Below the pieces are notes generated by a model, which saw nothing but the letters and a program-made list of their open reading frames with translations, was not told the origin of the DNA and searched no databases. Both the position numbers and the translations under genes were made by a program. Positions 39,173 to 50,742 of a stretch of DNA of 64,000 bases are shown piece after piece; positions within the stretch are counted from its first letter, which is position 1, and every line of letters begins with the position of its first letter. Source of the DNA: Felis catus (taxonomy: Eukaryota); contig NC_058368.1 in assembly GCF_018350175.1 (NCBI RefSeq), positions 75,084,001 through 75,148,000 of the forward strand. Direction: 5' to 3'.

Positions 39173-40159
39173 CTGGAGAAGAGAAGAATGCCAGCAGGCA
39201 CATTGAATGATAATTAAGAAACATTGTTTCAGGCTCTTTCAGCCTTTCCATAAAACACCTGAGCAATTCCTACCCTTATCTTATTCATTAAAGAGAAACC
39301 ATTCGTCATCAAGGCTGTTTCATTGTCTCCTTCCCACAACATACCACTTTGCTGGACCATCCCCAAATTCCTGAGTCTTTTCAAGATTAGAGATCAAACC
39401 TTTCATCAACTGAACCATGACCATTCCTTGGCTTGGTGCGGCATTGGCTTCCGCTGCATTATTTTCTATCTAGATTAAAATAATTACATTTTACCCGCCC
39501 AGCATTCTGTGTCGAGACTGTAAAATATTTTGACAGCCCTCACCAATAGGCATTTTTTTATGATTTCGTTTTCTAGAAAAGCATTTCTTGTGCCTAAAGT
39601 TTTCATGTGAGTCATTCCCACCCCTGAACCTCCTTCGACCAGCCTGGAGAGAGTGAAGTTTTACATGTAATTATGCGATATATTCTTCATTGTAAATAAC
39701 ATTTGAAGATGTATTAAACAATTATTCGCTCCTGAAAAACAAACCAAACCAAACCAGCAACAACAACAACAAAAAACAGTCCTAAGCGTGACGATCTCTT
39801 TGGGAGAAACAAATACCGGATCAACAAACCAAAACTTACTGCATTGTTCATAAGTCGGATTACAACACAGTGAAAAATGTGACTAAATTTTCACACTGGC
39901 ACTTAAAAGTGAGAATAAGTGAAAATCCAAGTAAAGAAATTATTTACTACAAGGAGACAAACCTCAAATTTGGGTTTTTTCAGCGAAAGGTTTAGTAGTT
40001 TTGTTATTTACTCTGACCATTCAGACTCAGTAGAGAAGATACAGCAGAAAATCTAAAACATGACTTTAGATTTTGGTTATCAGGTATTTTCATATATAGT
40101 CCTCATTACGAAAATATTGATAGTGTATTGCAGAGAGCCCGGAGGGCAGACAAATATTA

Positions 40160-40700
40160 AGAGCATATTAAAATCAGCATTAATTCCACTCTTTGGACAT
40201 AATTACCGTTAACACTGTGACTTATAACCTACCAGGATGTTTCATACACATACATATATTTTGCATGTTTTAAACAGCTCTTCATGTTAATAATGTATTG
40301 TGAACATTTTTTTCTTACAAATTAACAAATCTGTGAAATGTTATGTATAATGGCTGCATAGACTTGATGCTATAAATGTTTCCAAAGATCATTTATTCTA
40401 ATCCTTTGTTAAAGATGTGCTTTTCCTCAATAATTAATTATTATAAATAATACTTTGCTGAACCTTCATATCTATCTATGAATATATCTGTCTTTGAATG
40501 ACTCTATGTATGTTGTCATCATTCAATCCCACAAATACAATGGTTTCACCAAAAGGTATTAACATGTTCAATTTTAAAGATTCTAAAAGCAACTAAATTT
40601 GAAAAAGATACTCATACTTTAAGGTGTTTTAGTCCATACTGTCCAATTGCCCTCTAGAATTATTAAAGTGTTTGATGCACTCACATCTCACTATTTCTCA
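40160..40700 (-). mobile_element. Ancient L1 (L1ME/MC-like) fragment
   Basis: TAATGGCTGCATAG..TTATAAATAATACTTTGCTGAAC..CAAAAGGTATTAACATGTTCAATTTT..ATACTGTCCAATTGCCCTCTAGAA. Confidence 0.65.
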
Positions 40701-40822
40701 AAGTAATAGGAAGAAAAGCATTTAAAATAATTTCTCTTGGCTAAGCAATATTTATTCAATGCCCGTCAGAAAAGAATGATTCCATTTGAAATATTTTTAA
40801 ATTATTTTTGAAAAACTTATTT

Positions 40823-41012
40823 GGAGTGTCTGGGTGGCTCAGTTGGTTAAGTGTCCAACTCTTGATTTCAGCTCAGGTCATAATCTCAGAGTCATGAGAT
40901 CAAGCCCCACATGGGGCTCTGAGCTGAGGTGGAGACTGTTTAAGATTCTCTCTCTCTCTCTCTCTCTGCTCCTCCCCTGTGTGCTCTCTCTCTGGGAATG
41001 AATGAATGAATG
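40823..41012 (+). mobile_element. Older Can-SINE whose (GAAT)n tail is split by an LTR
   Basis: GGAGTGTCTGGGTGGCTCAGTTGGTTAAG head and CT tract. The tail resumes at 41317. Confidence 0.92.
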
Positions 41013-41316
41013 TGTAATGGAAACTGGTCTGGATCACCCGGCAGAAGAACCACGTGGCATTCGGAGATCTTGGAAGGCAGGAGGTTTATTTTACACCCAT
41101 GGGCTCAGAGGAGATCATTCTCCAGAGGTCTTAGCCCCTGGGCATCAACAGAGGGGACAATTTATAGTCTGTTACTTCCACATTCCTCATTAGTAGTAAT
41201 TAGGCATGAGCTGCAGGTGGGGTAGGAAGAAGAAGCTGGAAGGGGAGTCTTCAGGCAGAGACTGGCATTCTCCTATCCATCCTGTCGTCCATCTTATAAC
41301 AGATTTTTCACTATCA
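41013..41316 (-). mobile_element. 304-bp ERV solo LTR
   Basis: TG..CA termini. On the minus strand, CTATAAA (41161-41167) lies upstream of AATAAA (41085-41090). Flanks AATG/AAGG form a 4-bp TSD with one mismatch. Confidence 0.8.
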
Positions 41317-42045
41317 AAGGAATGAATGAATAAGTAAATGAAATATTTCTATTTTTGGTTATTATTAAGTAAAAATATTCATCATCAAACTGGATAATGT
41401 CACGATTAGATTTTAAATTTGTTCTTTAAAAAATACAAAAACAATTTCGGGGCTAACACTTGAGCATATTTTTATCTCAAGTTATATCTGACATGGACAC
41501 TGGTAATTTGATGGCAGACTAAGATTATTAGAAAGAGAATTAGATAATTAGAAGAGGAGGAGAGGAGGAGGGGGAAATGGGGGAGGAGAAAGAAGGGAGG
41601 GGAAGGAAAAAGAGACACTAAAAATCTTTTTTGAGTTCCCACCATTGGGAAGCCAACATTGTCCCTTCCTTTCCTGAACTCCACCCACCTCTGCAAAAAT
41701 GGAATTCGTATATGGAAAGGGAAATTGCTCCTTTAGGGAAAATTTCAATTAAATGTCTAGCAAGTGAAGCAAACACAATGCAAACTTAAGGATTATCGAG
41801 GGTCATCTCAACCATCACCAGACAACTGCAGAGCTCTGTAATTACTAACAAATCCTTACTGCTCTGCTTCACAATCATGATGAACCCAGATATACATTTG
41901 CTGACAAATCACAGTCTGAGGTAATTGCAAACATCATAAAAAGTTACGGCCATGGAACTTAGTTTGGGAGACTTTGCTCTTATGTTTCTGATTATTACTT
42001 TTATTTTCTATTTTTAGGGGACATTTCGCAGCTGCTCACTTGCAC

Positions 42046-42071
42046 GTGTGTGTGTGTGTGTGTGTGTGTGT
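42046..42071. repeat. (GT)13 microsatellite
   Basis: Read directly. Confidence 0.96.
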
Positions 42072-45038
42072 ATCTTTGAGGAACAATAAAGCTGTTAAAA
42101 GACCCAGTTAGATCTAATTATCGCCTTTAACTTTATAACCTTATAAGCAGTCATAAATAGTAACTGTTTGCATTATAGAATGTTGTTGAGGACATTTTAA
42201 GTCACAGAACTCAGAGAAGTGTATGTCACTGACAACATGTTCATTGGCATTTGAAAAATACCCACTTATCAAAGCACACAGTAGTCACAGATAAGCAGAT
42301 ATGGACCGGAGAGCATTTCCTTCCATTGTCCACACAATGCTGTTGATTGATATCTATATGACTATTTCTGCCTCCTCCGGGCTTGAGGTGGAGATATAGA
42401 ACAAGGTTGTGTTCATGACCTCCTTTTACATTAAGGTCTCAGACACTGAGGCTTTCTAACCCATTCATTGTATTTGCCTTTTGAGACATGGAGATGGCAA
42501 TCTCTTCTTTGAACATTGTAGCTATGGCAAACTCTAAAAAGAAAGGGACGTCAAATAATCCACGTAAAGGATTAAAATCAAGAAAAATAGTCATTGTTGA
42601 ACTTGAAAATATGCCTCTTCTTACCAACAACAAAAGAGGAGTAGAAAACCCTATATGACCTTTACAACTAATCCTTGGCATTTTTCCCCCCAATGTTTCT
42701 CCAAGATTCACAGATTTTAGACACTAAGGAAGATAAACGATGAGTGAATGATATCAGGTGTCCTTCAATATTCTTGGCAATGCCCTGGGGTTCCATTTGC
42801 GTTTCAGTGTACTCAGCAGCCAGGTGAGCTGGGCTAAGCACTTATTGAATTTGTAGTTTAGGTGCTGGAGAAACAATCAGTATCTGCATAGCCTGTCTTC
42901 TGGGCAATACTTGTTAACCAAATGTATTTTCTTTAAGAATCTAATAATGAATCCCAACAGCATTAAAAGAAACAGAAAGAATGCGGTAACTTATTCCATC
43001 CTTTCCTCTATAGTTTTATTTTAAATTGCTTTATACACATCCCAGATTTTCACTGAACTAAATAGAAACACTCTGGGCACCCTGGTTTTCCAATACTGTC
43101 ATCCCAAAACATCAGAATTGTAATGATGGAGCGTAAAATAAATGCAATAGATACAGTGACAAATGACAGAGTCAAATCTCAAGTCATAATTCCCTCAAAG
43201 GGACCCGCTGATATCATGAGCTGGGAAAGTAAAGCTTGAGTTATTTATACTTAGTAGAATTTGAAGAGTCAACTATCATAATTCATCCAACTCATGGGTA
43301 TCAATTGGCTTTTCTGTGTCTATCTGTCTTGAAAAGCAAGGGAAAAACAAACAAACAGATGATTCTTTTGGAGGTTTTTACACCCTGTGATTGATAAGCA
43401 AAAGCCATTGTATTGTGTACTTAAATCAAAGCTGTATGAATACACTTTAAATACAATAGAGGAAAGTGCATAATTGAAGACAGAAAAATCAAATGCTCGT
43501 TTCTGTCCTCAGTTCATATACCTTGCACTTTTTGATCAGATAGTTTCCCCGATATGATGAGAAGTTTTATTTTACTTTTTGTTACTATTTCTCTAAATGA
43601 AAGGAAACGTTATTAGATATTTGAGGATTTTTTTTTCCTCTGGACACTTGCACAGAGGAGGACACTACACAGAGGAGTCATCAGCTCATGGGGCTTCATG
43701 TTTTAGACTGAGCTGCAGACTCCCGCTGGGAGGCCATCAGTGGGCATGAGTTTATCCCTGGATTCCTGCCTCTTCAGCACCTCAACCTGCTCCCAGCCAT
43801 CATTCTGACTTCAATATTTGTCTGTTTGGTGTATTACATCTACTGTCTTTGTATTCAGTTAATCTCAGCCTTATTTGCTTTCTGTGTTTGGATTTGAAGA
43901 AGTTGTCTCCATGCTTCATACATAGGCCTGATCACTGCAGTCTAATCCCGTTCTAAGGGAAGGAAGATCTCTGGGAATTTTCTCCTAGTAGAATCATGAG
44001 TAAGTGTTCTCTCTCACCCCCTCCCATGCTGATTGGAACAATAACAACAACAAAATACCTCCTGCTCTGAATGGAAATTCTATCATCTCACTATCTCATC
44101 TTGTTTCTTATCCGTGTGTCATCCAACATAAGGCTTTCAAATGCCTAAAACCTCTAATACTTTTCTTTGTTACCAAATAAATGTAGAGTTTTCTACACCA
44201 GTATCTTCACAAAGAGGATTTCCCTGGCAAATAGGCTCTGTCCATTGCCTTGTTCTCTTTCTTTTGCTTCTATATCTCTTCATACGTTCTAAAAACTAAT
44301 TCAGCCTAGAGATGGCTTTTTTTCATAGCATCAGAGAGCAAATTCTCAGGATTGTTCTCAACGCTGTTCTTACGTTCTTGATAACAATGAACATTTCTCT
44401 ACTCATCCAAAACTACTGAATCAGGGTTGCTAGAGACAGATTTAGAAGGAGGATTTTAAGTAAACACCCAAATGTCATCCTTTAATTTCCCTTGAATGGG
44501 AAATTTGGGACAAATTAAGGAGTACATCCAGATTCAGGACTTTATTAATTTTCCACAGTTTTCCTGATTCACTATAAAAATCTGGTACAAATGTCTCCAT
44601 GATCATAATTTGCATATAATCGTCTGTTGAGGGGATGGGGGAGAATCCAGCAGATAAAGTGTTGCAGAGCAGTTTATCCCTTGTCAAAATAAATGCCTGA
44701 TAAGTTGCTCTCATCCCCACCATGGTATGTTACTCCACAGATACCCTAAGATATCCTAGCACCTCAAATGTAAAGGGGATACAATATTTAAACATACTGT
44801 TAAATATTAAGTATAGCATTTTGAGTCACAAATGAATAAAATGCGAGTAAAACATGTATTTGAGACTAGATAATTGATTCACTAATACGTCACTAATTTA
44901 AAACTGCATTATTTTGCCACATGTTCACCAATGCTGAAGTAACGATTCATAAAATGAATTTGTCCCTGGAAAACAGCGTCAAACATTGTTTCTGAATTAG
45001 AGCCCTGTATTCAAAGCAACTTTTAAAATACACTTTTT

Positions 45039-45259
45039 GGGGCGCCTGGGTGGCGCAGTCGGTTAAGCGTCCGACTTCAGCCAGGTCACGATCTCGCGGT
45101 CCGGGAGTTCGAGCCCCGCGTCGGGCTCTGGGCTGATGGCTCAGAGCCTGGAGCCTGTTTCCGATTCTGTGTCTCCCTCTCTCTCTGCCCCTCCCCCGTT
45201 CATGCTCTGTCTCTCTCTGTCCCAAAAATAAATAAACGTTAAAAAAAAATTAAAAAAAA
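45039..45259 (+). mobile_element. Young SINEC_Fc-type SINE without a matching TSD
   Basis: Near-consensus with CpGs intact. Left flank AAAATACACTTTTT, right flank AAAATATTCTCCC. Confidence 0.97.
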
Positions 45260-45715
45260 TATTCTCCCAAATCCTTGAAGAAATTAACTTAAATGTTCAA
45301 TAACTCTACAGTTCTCATATTAACATTCCATTAGAATGTTATAAGCTAGAGGCTGGGCACATCAGAATTATCTTCACGACTATTTCCTTCCAAGTTAGGA
45401 CAGGTGTATAGACAATGAAAACAAAATGATAAACATGAGAAATATTTTGTGCTTCCATGGAAGAATCCTGTTAGGAGAGGAGAGTCGCATTTGAAGGGCC
45501 CGTAGCCAGGAACAGTATCCAAAACATAATGCAGGTTATTCTGATAAACTACTGTTTCATGGGGTCCACTCAGTTCATAGAATCAATTCTATACACCAGG
45601 TAGATTTACAACTTTTGTAATAAATAGTGCTGTATTGATTGTTCATTGTAATGATGTCAACAAAGTATTATGCAGTCAGTGGCCTAACACTAGTATAATT
45701 CGAATTTAGGCTTCA

Positions 45716-45842
45716 TATATATATATATAGATATATAGATATATAGATATATAGATATACACACACACACATATATACGTGTATATATATGTATATATAT
45801 GTATATATATGTATATATATATGTATATATATATATATATAT
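45716..45842. repeat. Compound (AT)/(ATATAG)/(AC)/(GTATATATAT) microsatellite
   Basis: Read directly. Confidence 0.95.
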
Positions 45843-45897
45843 TTTGCATTTTCCATTTTGTAGGACATTTGTGTATATTCCATAATATACTGTCTGT

Positions 45898-46096
45898 GGG
45901 GCACCTGGGTGGCTCAGTCTGTTAAGCCTCCAACTCTTGATTTCAGCTCAGGTCATGATCTCACCGTTCTTGAGTTCCAATCTGTCATTGGCATCTGTGA
46001 TCACGGGGCGGAGCCCGCTTGGGATTATCTGGTTCCCTCCCCCACTCACACTTTCTATCTCACTCTCAAATAAATAAATACAAACTTAAAAAAAAA
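45898..46096 (+). mobile_element. Can-SINE
   Basis: GGGGCACCTGGGTGGCTCAGTCTGTTAAG head. TSD core ATAATATACT. Confidence 0.93.
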
Positions 46097-46106
46097 TAAT
46101 ATACTA

Positions 46107-46338
46107 GGGGCACTTAGGGGGCTCAGTAGGTTAAGCGTCTGACTCTTGGTTTCAGCTCAGGTCATGATCTTGAGGTTTTGTGGGTTCGAGCCCTGTGTCG
46201 GGCTCTGTGCTCGCAGCCCAGAGCCTGCTTGAGATTCTCTTTCTTTCTCTCTCTCTCTCTCCCTGGCCCTCCCCTACTCACACTGTCTCTGTGCCACTCA
46301 AACTAAATAAATAAACTTAAAAAAAATTAAAAAAAAAA
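46107..46338 (+). mobile_element. Can-SINE inserted at the tail/TSD of the previous one
   Basis: GGGGCACTTAGGGGGCTCAGTAGGTTAAGCG..GGTTCGAGCCC, CT tract, A tail. Confidence 0.93.
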
Positions 46339-46574
46339 CTAGTTTACTGTCCTTGTTCCAACCCTAACTCATAACCGCAATCTTACTCTTCGCTTTTGGG
46401 TGCAAAGATGCTGGGTTACTACCACTCACAGGGCTACTTTTGTTGTGCTGAATGATAAACTTTCAGGGTTTCCAGGTCATAAATTGTCATAGGACCACCA
46501 GGGAAGCCCCAGAATCTTGGTCTCTTCCACGTAAACCAGTACAAGTGCGATGTGATGTGCCAATCACCCGAAGA

Positions 46575-46747
46575 CAGGGCCATCTTCGTGGGGGTGTGAC
46601 CCGAGCTGGTACACAGAGGCTTGGGCTGAGGAGGGCCCTATGCCCGTTTGAGGGTTCTGCTGTTGCCATCCTAAATTTGTAGTGTTTGAACAGAGTGTCT
46701 AGCCTTTCAGTTTGTGCTCAATCCCATAAATCACGTAGCCAGACCCG
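46575..46747 (+). mobile_element. MER91A-like hAT-Tip100 relic
   Basis: CAGGGCCATCTTCGTGGGGGTGTGACC..TCTGCTGTTGCCATCCTAAATT..TTTGAACA..AAATCACGTAGCCAGACCCG matches recalled MER91A end to end. Confidence 0.75.
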
Positions 46748-47142
46748 AATAAGGTTGTCGCAGAGACTGAAAAAAAGAATATAACGTGCAAGAATACCAA
46801 AAGCAAAGAATATGATTTCTTGTACTGTCCCCATAAAAGCACTTAGGGAAATGCCTAAACACAAGGAACAGGCAAATTGTTCACCATTGAACCATATTTC
46901 AAGGTCCAGCTAAAGAAAAATCCCCTCAGTTTTAAAGTTGTTTATGATTCTCTAGTTGAAGGCTGTTAGCAGTAAGCACTTAAGTTTTGAAAAGGAGAAT
47001 CATAATAGCTAAGTTTAGCAGCAAAAAAAAGTTTCTCTTTTTTTCCTCTCAACCCGTTTTCTGTGTGACAATTTAGACAATTGAGCCTTAATCTGCTGAG
47101 GCATCTATTGTACGTCAAGAGGGAGCTTCTGTCCTAGGCTTG

Positions 47143-47198
47143 TAGAAGGCCGCTCTCATAGGCCATCTTCTAGAAGGCCGCTCTCATAGGCCATCTTC
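47143..47198. repeat. Perfect 28-bp tandem duplication
   Basis: TAGAAGGCCGCTCTCATAGGCCATCTTC twice. Confidence 0.97.
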
Positions 47199-47580
47199 GG
47201 GAGAATTGAGAACATAATCACTTAGGTTATTTGTGCATTGTGTGGCTCAGTTGAGAAATCCAGTTAAAATAGTGCTTCAAGTATCTGGAGGCAGGAGCAG
47301 TATCCTAAATAGGAGACAGGACGCCTCCCCACACCCCATCACTGCCTCAGGCAAGGCCAAGTGCCAAGCAGCAGAGCACGTGTGTGCCCTCACCACTCCC
47401 TAAATTCCCTTCTGGCTCCTCTTCTGGGTCCAGCCTAGGTCACATGCAAATGGCTTCAAGAGAAGCTGGGAAATTGAGGGTACGGCTTCTACATTATGGA
47501 GGCAGGAGTTACACAATAGGAAATGTTGACCTACTATAATCGTGAAAAATGTCTAACGGAGGGGAAATTGCTTCTGAATC

Positions 47581-47667
47581 CAGTGACCATTAATGGGATA
47601 TTTTTGTTCCAAGGACCATTAGCAATACCTAAAGACATTGTTTTAAGGTTTATTTATTTGTTTTGAA

Positions 47668-47741
<74 letters not shown>

Positions 47742-48081
47742 GGGAAGGGGCAGAGAGAGAAAGAGAGAGAATCCCAAGCAGGCTCCACCCTATCAGCGCA
47801 GAGCCTGATGCAGGGCTCGAACTCATGAACTGTGAGATCGTGACCCGAACAGAAACCAAGTGTCGGATGCTTAACCAACGGAGCCACCCAGGCAGCCCTA
47901 AATAAAGGCATTTTGGATTATCACAACTTGCAATGGTAGAGGAGGGGAAAGGGGTGTGGGACCCCAATGGAGTATGGAGGACACCGATGTTGCTAAACAT
48001 CCTACATGCGCAGGTCAGCACCCCCCCCCCACAACAGAGAAGTATCCAGAACATCGATAGTGTCATTGTTGAGAAACATTG
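47581..48081 (+). mobile_element. MER20-like hAT-Charlie relic split by a SINE
   Basis: CAGTG start, TCACAACT, GATGTTGCTAAACATCCTACA..CAGCACCCC..ACAACAGAGAAGTATCC..GTTGAGAAAC. Confidence 0.8.
47641..47898 (-). mobile_element. Can-SINE with a long (GA)n, inside MER20
   Basis: TSD TAAAGACATT / TAAAGGCATT. Confidence 0.95.
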
Positions 48082-48083
48082 CT

Positions 48084-48289
48084 CTTTATTTTTTTAATGT
48101 TTATTTAATTTTCAGAGAGAGAGAGGGAGAACACAAGTAGGGACAGGGCAGAGAGAGAGGGGAGCAGAGGATCAAAGTGAGCTCTGCACTGACCGCAGAG
48201 AACCAGACGTCGGGCTCAAACTTGCAAACCACGAGATCATGACCTAAGCCGAAGTCAGACGCTTAACTGACTGAGCCACCCGGGTGCCC
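48084..48289 (-). mobile_element. Can-SINE at the MER20 end
   Basis: TSD TGAGAAACATTGCT / TGAGAAACACTGCT. Confidence 0.95.
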
Positions 48290-48619
48290 TGAGAAACACT
48301 GCTTTAATGTTTCTTTCCACAGCACTTCCCATGGGTTTCTCACATCATGATGACTAGCGGTGAAGCCCAAGAATCTGTATCGTCTTAAGTTCCTCAGGTG
48401 ATACCAAAGTATCCAGGTTTTGCGTTCAGCACAAAGCGCCTCATTGTAGGGCACATGTGTGTTTTTTAACCCAGAATTTTAAGTACTAAGATTTCTGTTA
48501 GACTGTAAATTCTTTACTGATTAATTTTTGGCAAAGACTAATCTGTATCCTCTAGAATAATAGATCCAGTAGCTCTCAAAGGATTTTTGTTTCTCGGGTG
48601 AGGAAACAAAGTTGCGTAG

Positions 48620-48810
48620 CTATTATGATACAGACATTGTGCTAAGTGTTTTTACATCATAATGCCACCTAAATTCCCAACAAAACTCCACTGTAGACTA
48701 CCGATTTTGTAAATGAGAAAAAACATGGAAGAAACATCATTTTATAACTGGACCATGTTTGCAGTGATGGCGCTGCCATTTAAATCAGTTCCTGTAGACT
48801 CCCAAATTTT
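48620..48810 (-). mobile_element. MIR SINE
   Basis: AGACATTGTGCTAAGTGTTTTTACAT..ATTTTGTAAATGAGAAA. Confidence 0.55.
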
Positions 48811-49078
48811 TTGTTGTGTTTTCGCCCGTTCATTCCTTCTTTTCTTCCATTGATTCCAGAAATATTTACAAATAGTAAATAAGAAAACAATTATTGCTTG
48901 GGCATCTCATTTGGAAAGACAGAGAAATGAATAGGCCATTTTCAATTTGTTGAGGAAAAATCATGGAATTACGAGACGTAAAGGGTCCTTGTAGAATCTG
49001 AAATTAACTCCAGACTGGGGGTTTAAGGAAAGCCATAGAAAAGGAGACGCTGTCTGCCCTGATGTCGAATGAGGAAAG

Positions 49079-49097
49079 TAGCCATCAGGGGGCGCAA
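49079..49097 (+). promoter_or_regulatory. Strong CTCF-like motif within L2-like sequence
   Basis: TAGCCATCAGGGGGCGCAA is 16/19 identical to the consensus TGGCCACCAGGGGGCGCTA. Confidence 0.55.
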
Positions 49098-49539
49098 AGG
49101 AGGTCATCTCCAGGCAGGTGCAAGATGATAGTGTCTAAAGGATCCTGTTGGTCCTGCAAAGTGATGTTTTTAAACGTCAAATGTCATACAGACAGAAAAC
49201 GGATCAGACCACTTAGGAAATGGTGGAATAAAGAAACTGCCCAGTTTAAGTAGAAGATACTGATTAGTAAGTGTTAATAAAGCAAGAGTCAGAAGGGGCA
49301 TTTGGAATCTGAACATGAGGGAAACAAAAGGCAGTGAGCTACCATGGCACCCGGGCTCCCAGTCACCTGGATGGATGGTGATACAATTCACTGCTCCTGG
49401 GATCAGCTTCTGCACAGTGAAAAGGGAATGAGGTTGCCTTCCAGGGCACAGGCCCCCTCCTGGGCTTTCTCTTGGATGTATTCCCTTTCTTCTGGAGTGT
49501 TCCTCTAATATTTATTCCAAATATAGTCTCTGTGTTTCC

Positions 49540-50330
49540 AAGTCTGAGTCTTTTATGCTGAAAGATTTTTTTTTACCTTTTCATTTAAATATGAGTTTGG
49601 CTTGATATAAAACGCTGAGGTCTGTGTTCTTTTCCTGCAGCTCTCGAGAAAACCTTCATCTCGAATACGATGTTGCTGTCAACATAGGCAGTGTCAATTT
49701 GATTCCTAGTTCGTTGTATACACACCAGAGGCAAAGGGTCATGTTTTCATTCTGGAGGATCCCAGATTCATTTCTTGGTTTCTGATTTTTTTGAAAAGGC
49801 ATTCAAAGGGGGTGAGGTGTGTTTTATTTTTGCCTTCCATGTGTAGTGCTGTGGGCCCATTCACTAAGAATTTTTAATTGATTCTTTAAATCCCAAGAAA
49901 ACGTGACTCGGTTTTTAAAATATTTGTTCTTCTAAGAACTATTTTTTCTTTACTTCTGAGATTTCGATTATACAGATGTCAACACGTCTTCTCTTGTCTA
50001 CTATCCCCTATTAGATTTTAAATTGTACCGCTCACTTCGGATTCTGTGTCCCCCTCTCTCTCTGCTCCTCCCCTGCTCATGCTCTCTCTCTGTCTCAAAA
50101 ATAAATAAAAACATGAAAAAAAATTAAATTGTACCGCTCAGTCAATTTCTGGAACTTCTTCAGCCTACTCTTTCAGTGTCTTATTCACTTATTGCCTTAG
50201 CCCATCTTGCTATTGATCCCATCTACTGAGTTCTTTACTTAAAGTAGCATGCTTATCATACTCAGCACCTTCTTCGTGAACATCTGTTTCTGTTCTTCAC
50301 GGATACATGCTCCCCTTTCATTTTCGTCAA
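49540..50330 (-). mobile_element. Ancient L1M/HAL1-like ORF1-region fragment
   Basis: GAGTTTGGCTTGATATAAAA..TTTTCCTGCAG..GATGTTGCTG..TGTCAATTTGATTCC resembles antisense L1M ORF1. Confidence 0.55.
50035..50123 (+). mobile_element. 5'-truncated Can-SINE
   Basis: Starts mid-element at CTTCGGATTCTGTGTC. Perfect flanking repeat TTAAATTGTACCGCTCA at 50018-50034 and 50124-50140. Confidence 0.95.
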
Positions 50331-50477
50331 AATCTATCTCTATTCCTTCAAAGATATTTATTATGATTGGGGTGTATTATGCAATTCGTAATCACTCTGG
50401 TCTCTTACTTGTGCTACCTCTGTGATGGGTTGTCTATTTTGGATTCTTTTTTTTGTTGCATACATTCTGTAGATATC

Positions 50478-50742
50478 ACAATATACATATATTTTATATA
50501 TATCATATATCATATCATTATATATATATCATTATATATATTTATATATATCATATATCATATATCATATATATGATATATGTCATATATATAATGATAT
50601 GATATATATATGATATATATCATATATATCATATATAATATACATGATATATATCATATATCATATATAATATATCATGTATATTATATATGATATATAT
50701 GATATATATCATATATATATATCATATATATCATATATATAT
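50478..50742. repeat. Complex AT-rich (ATATC/GATAT) repeat with long inverted arms
   Basis: 50602-50652 is the exact reverse complement of 50670-50720. Confidence 0.95.

Noticed and set aside
41877..41919. C box (ATGATGA) with CTGA D-like boxes
   Set aside because: It spans only 43 nt, too short for a C/D snoRNA, and has no convincing terminal stem.
45039..45120. tRNA gene suggested by Pol III A/B boxes
   Set aside because: This is the tRNA-derived head of a SINE, followed by a CT tract and A tail.
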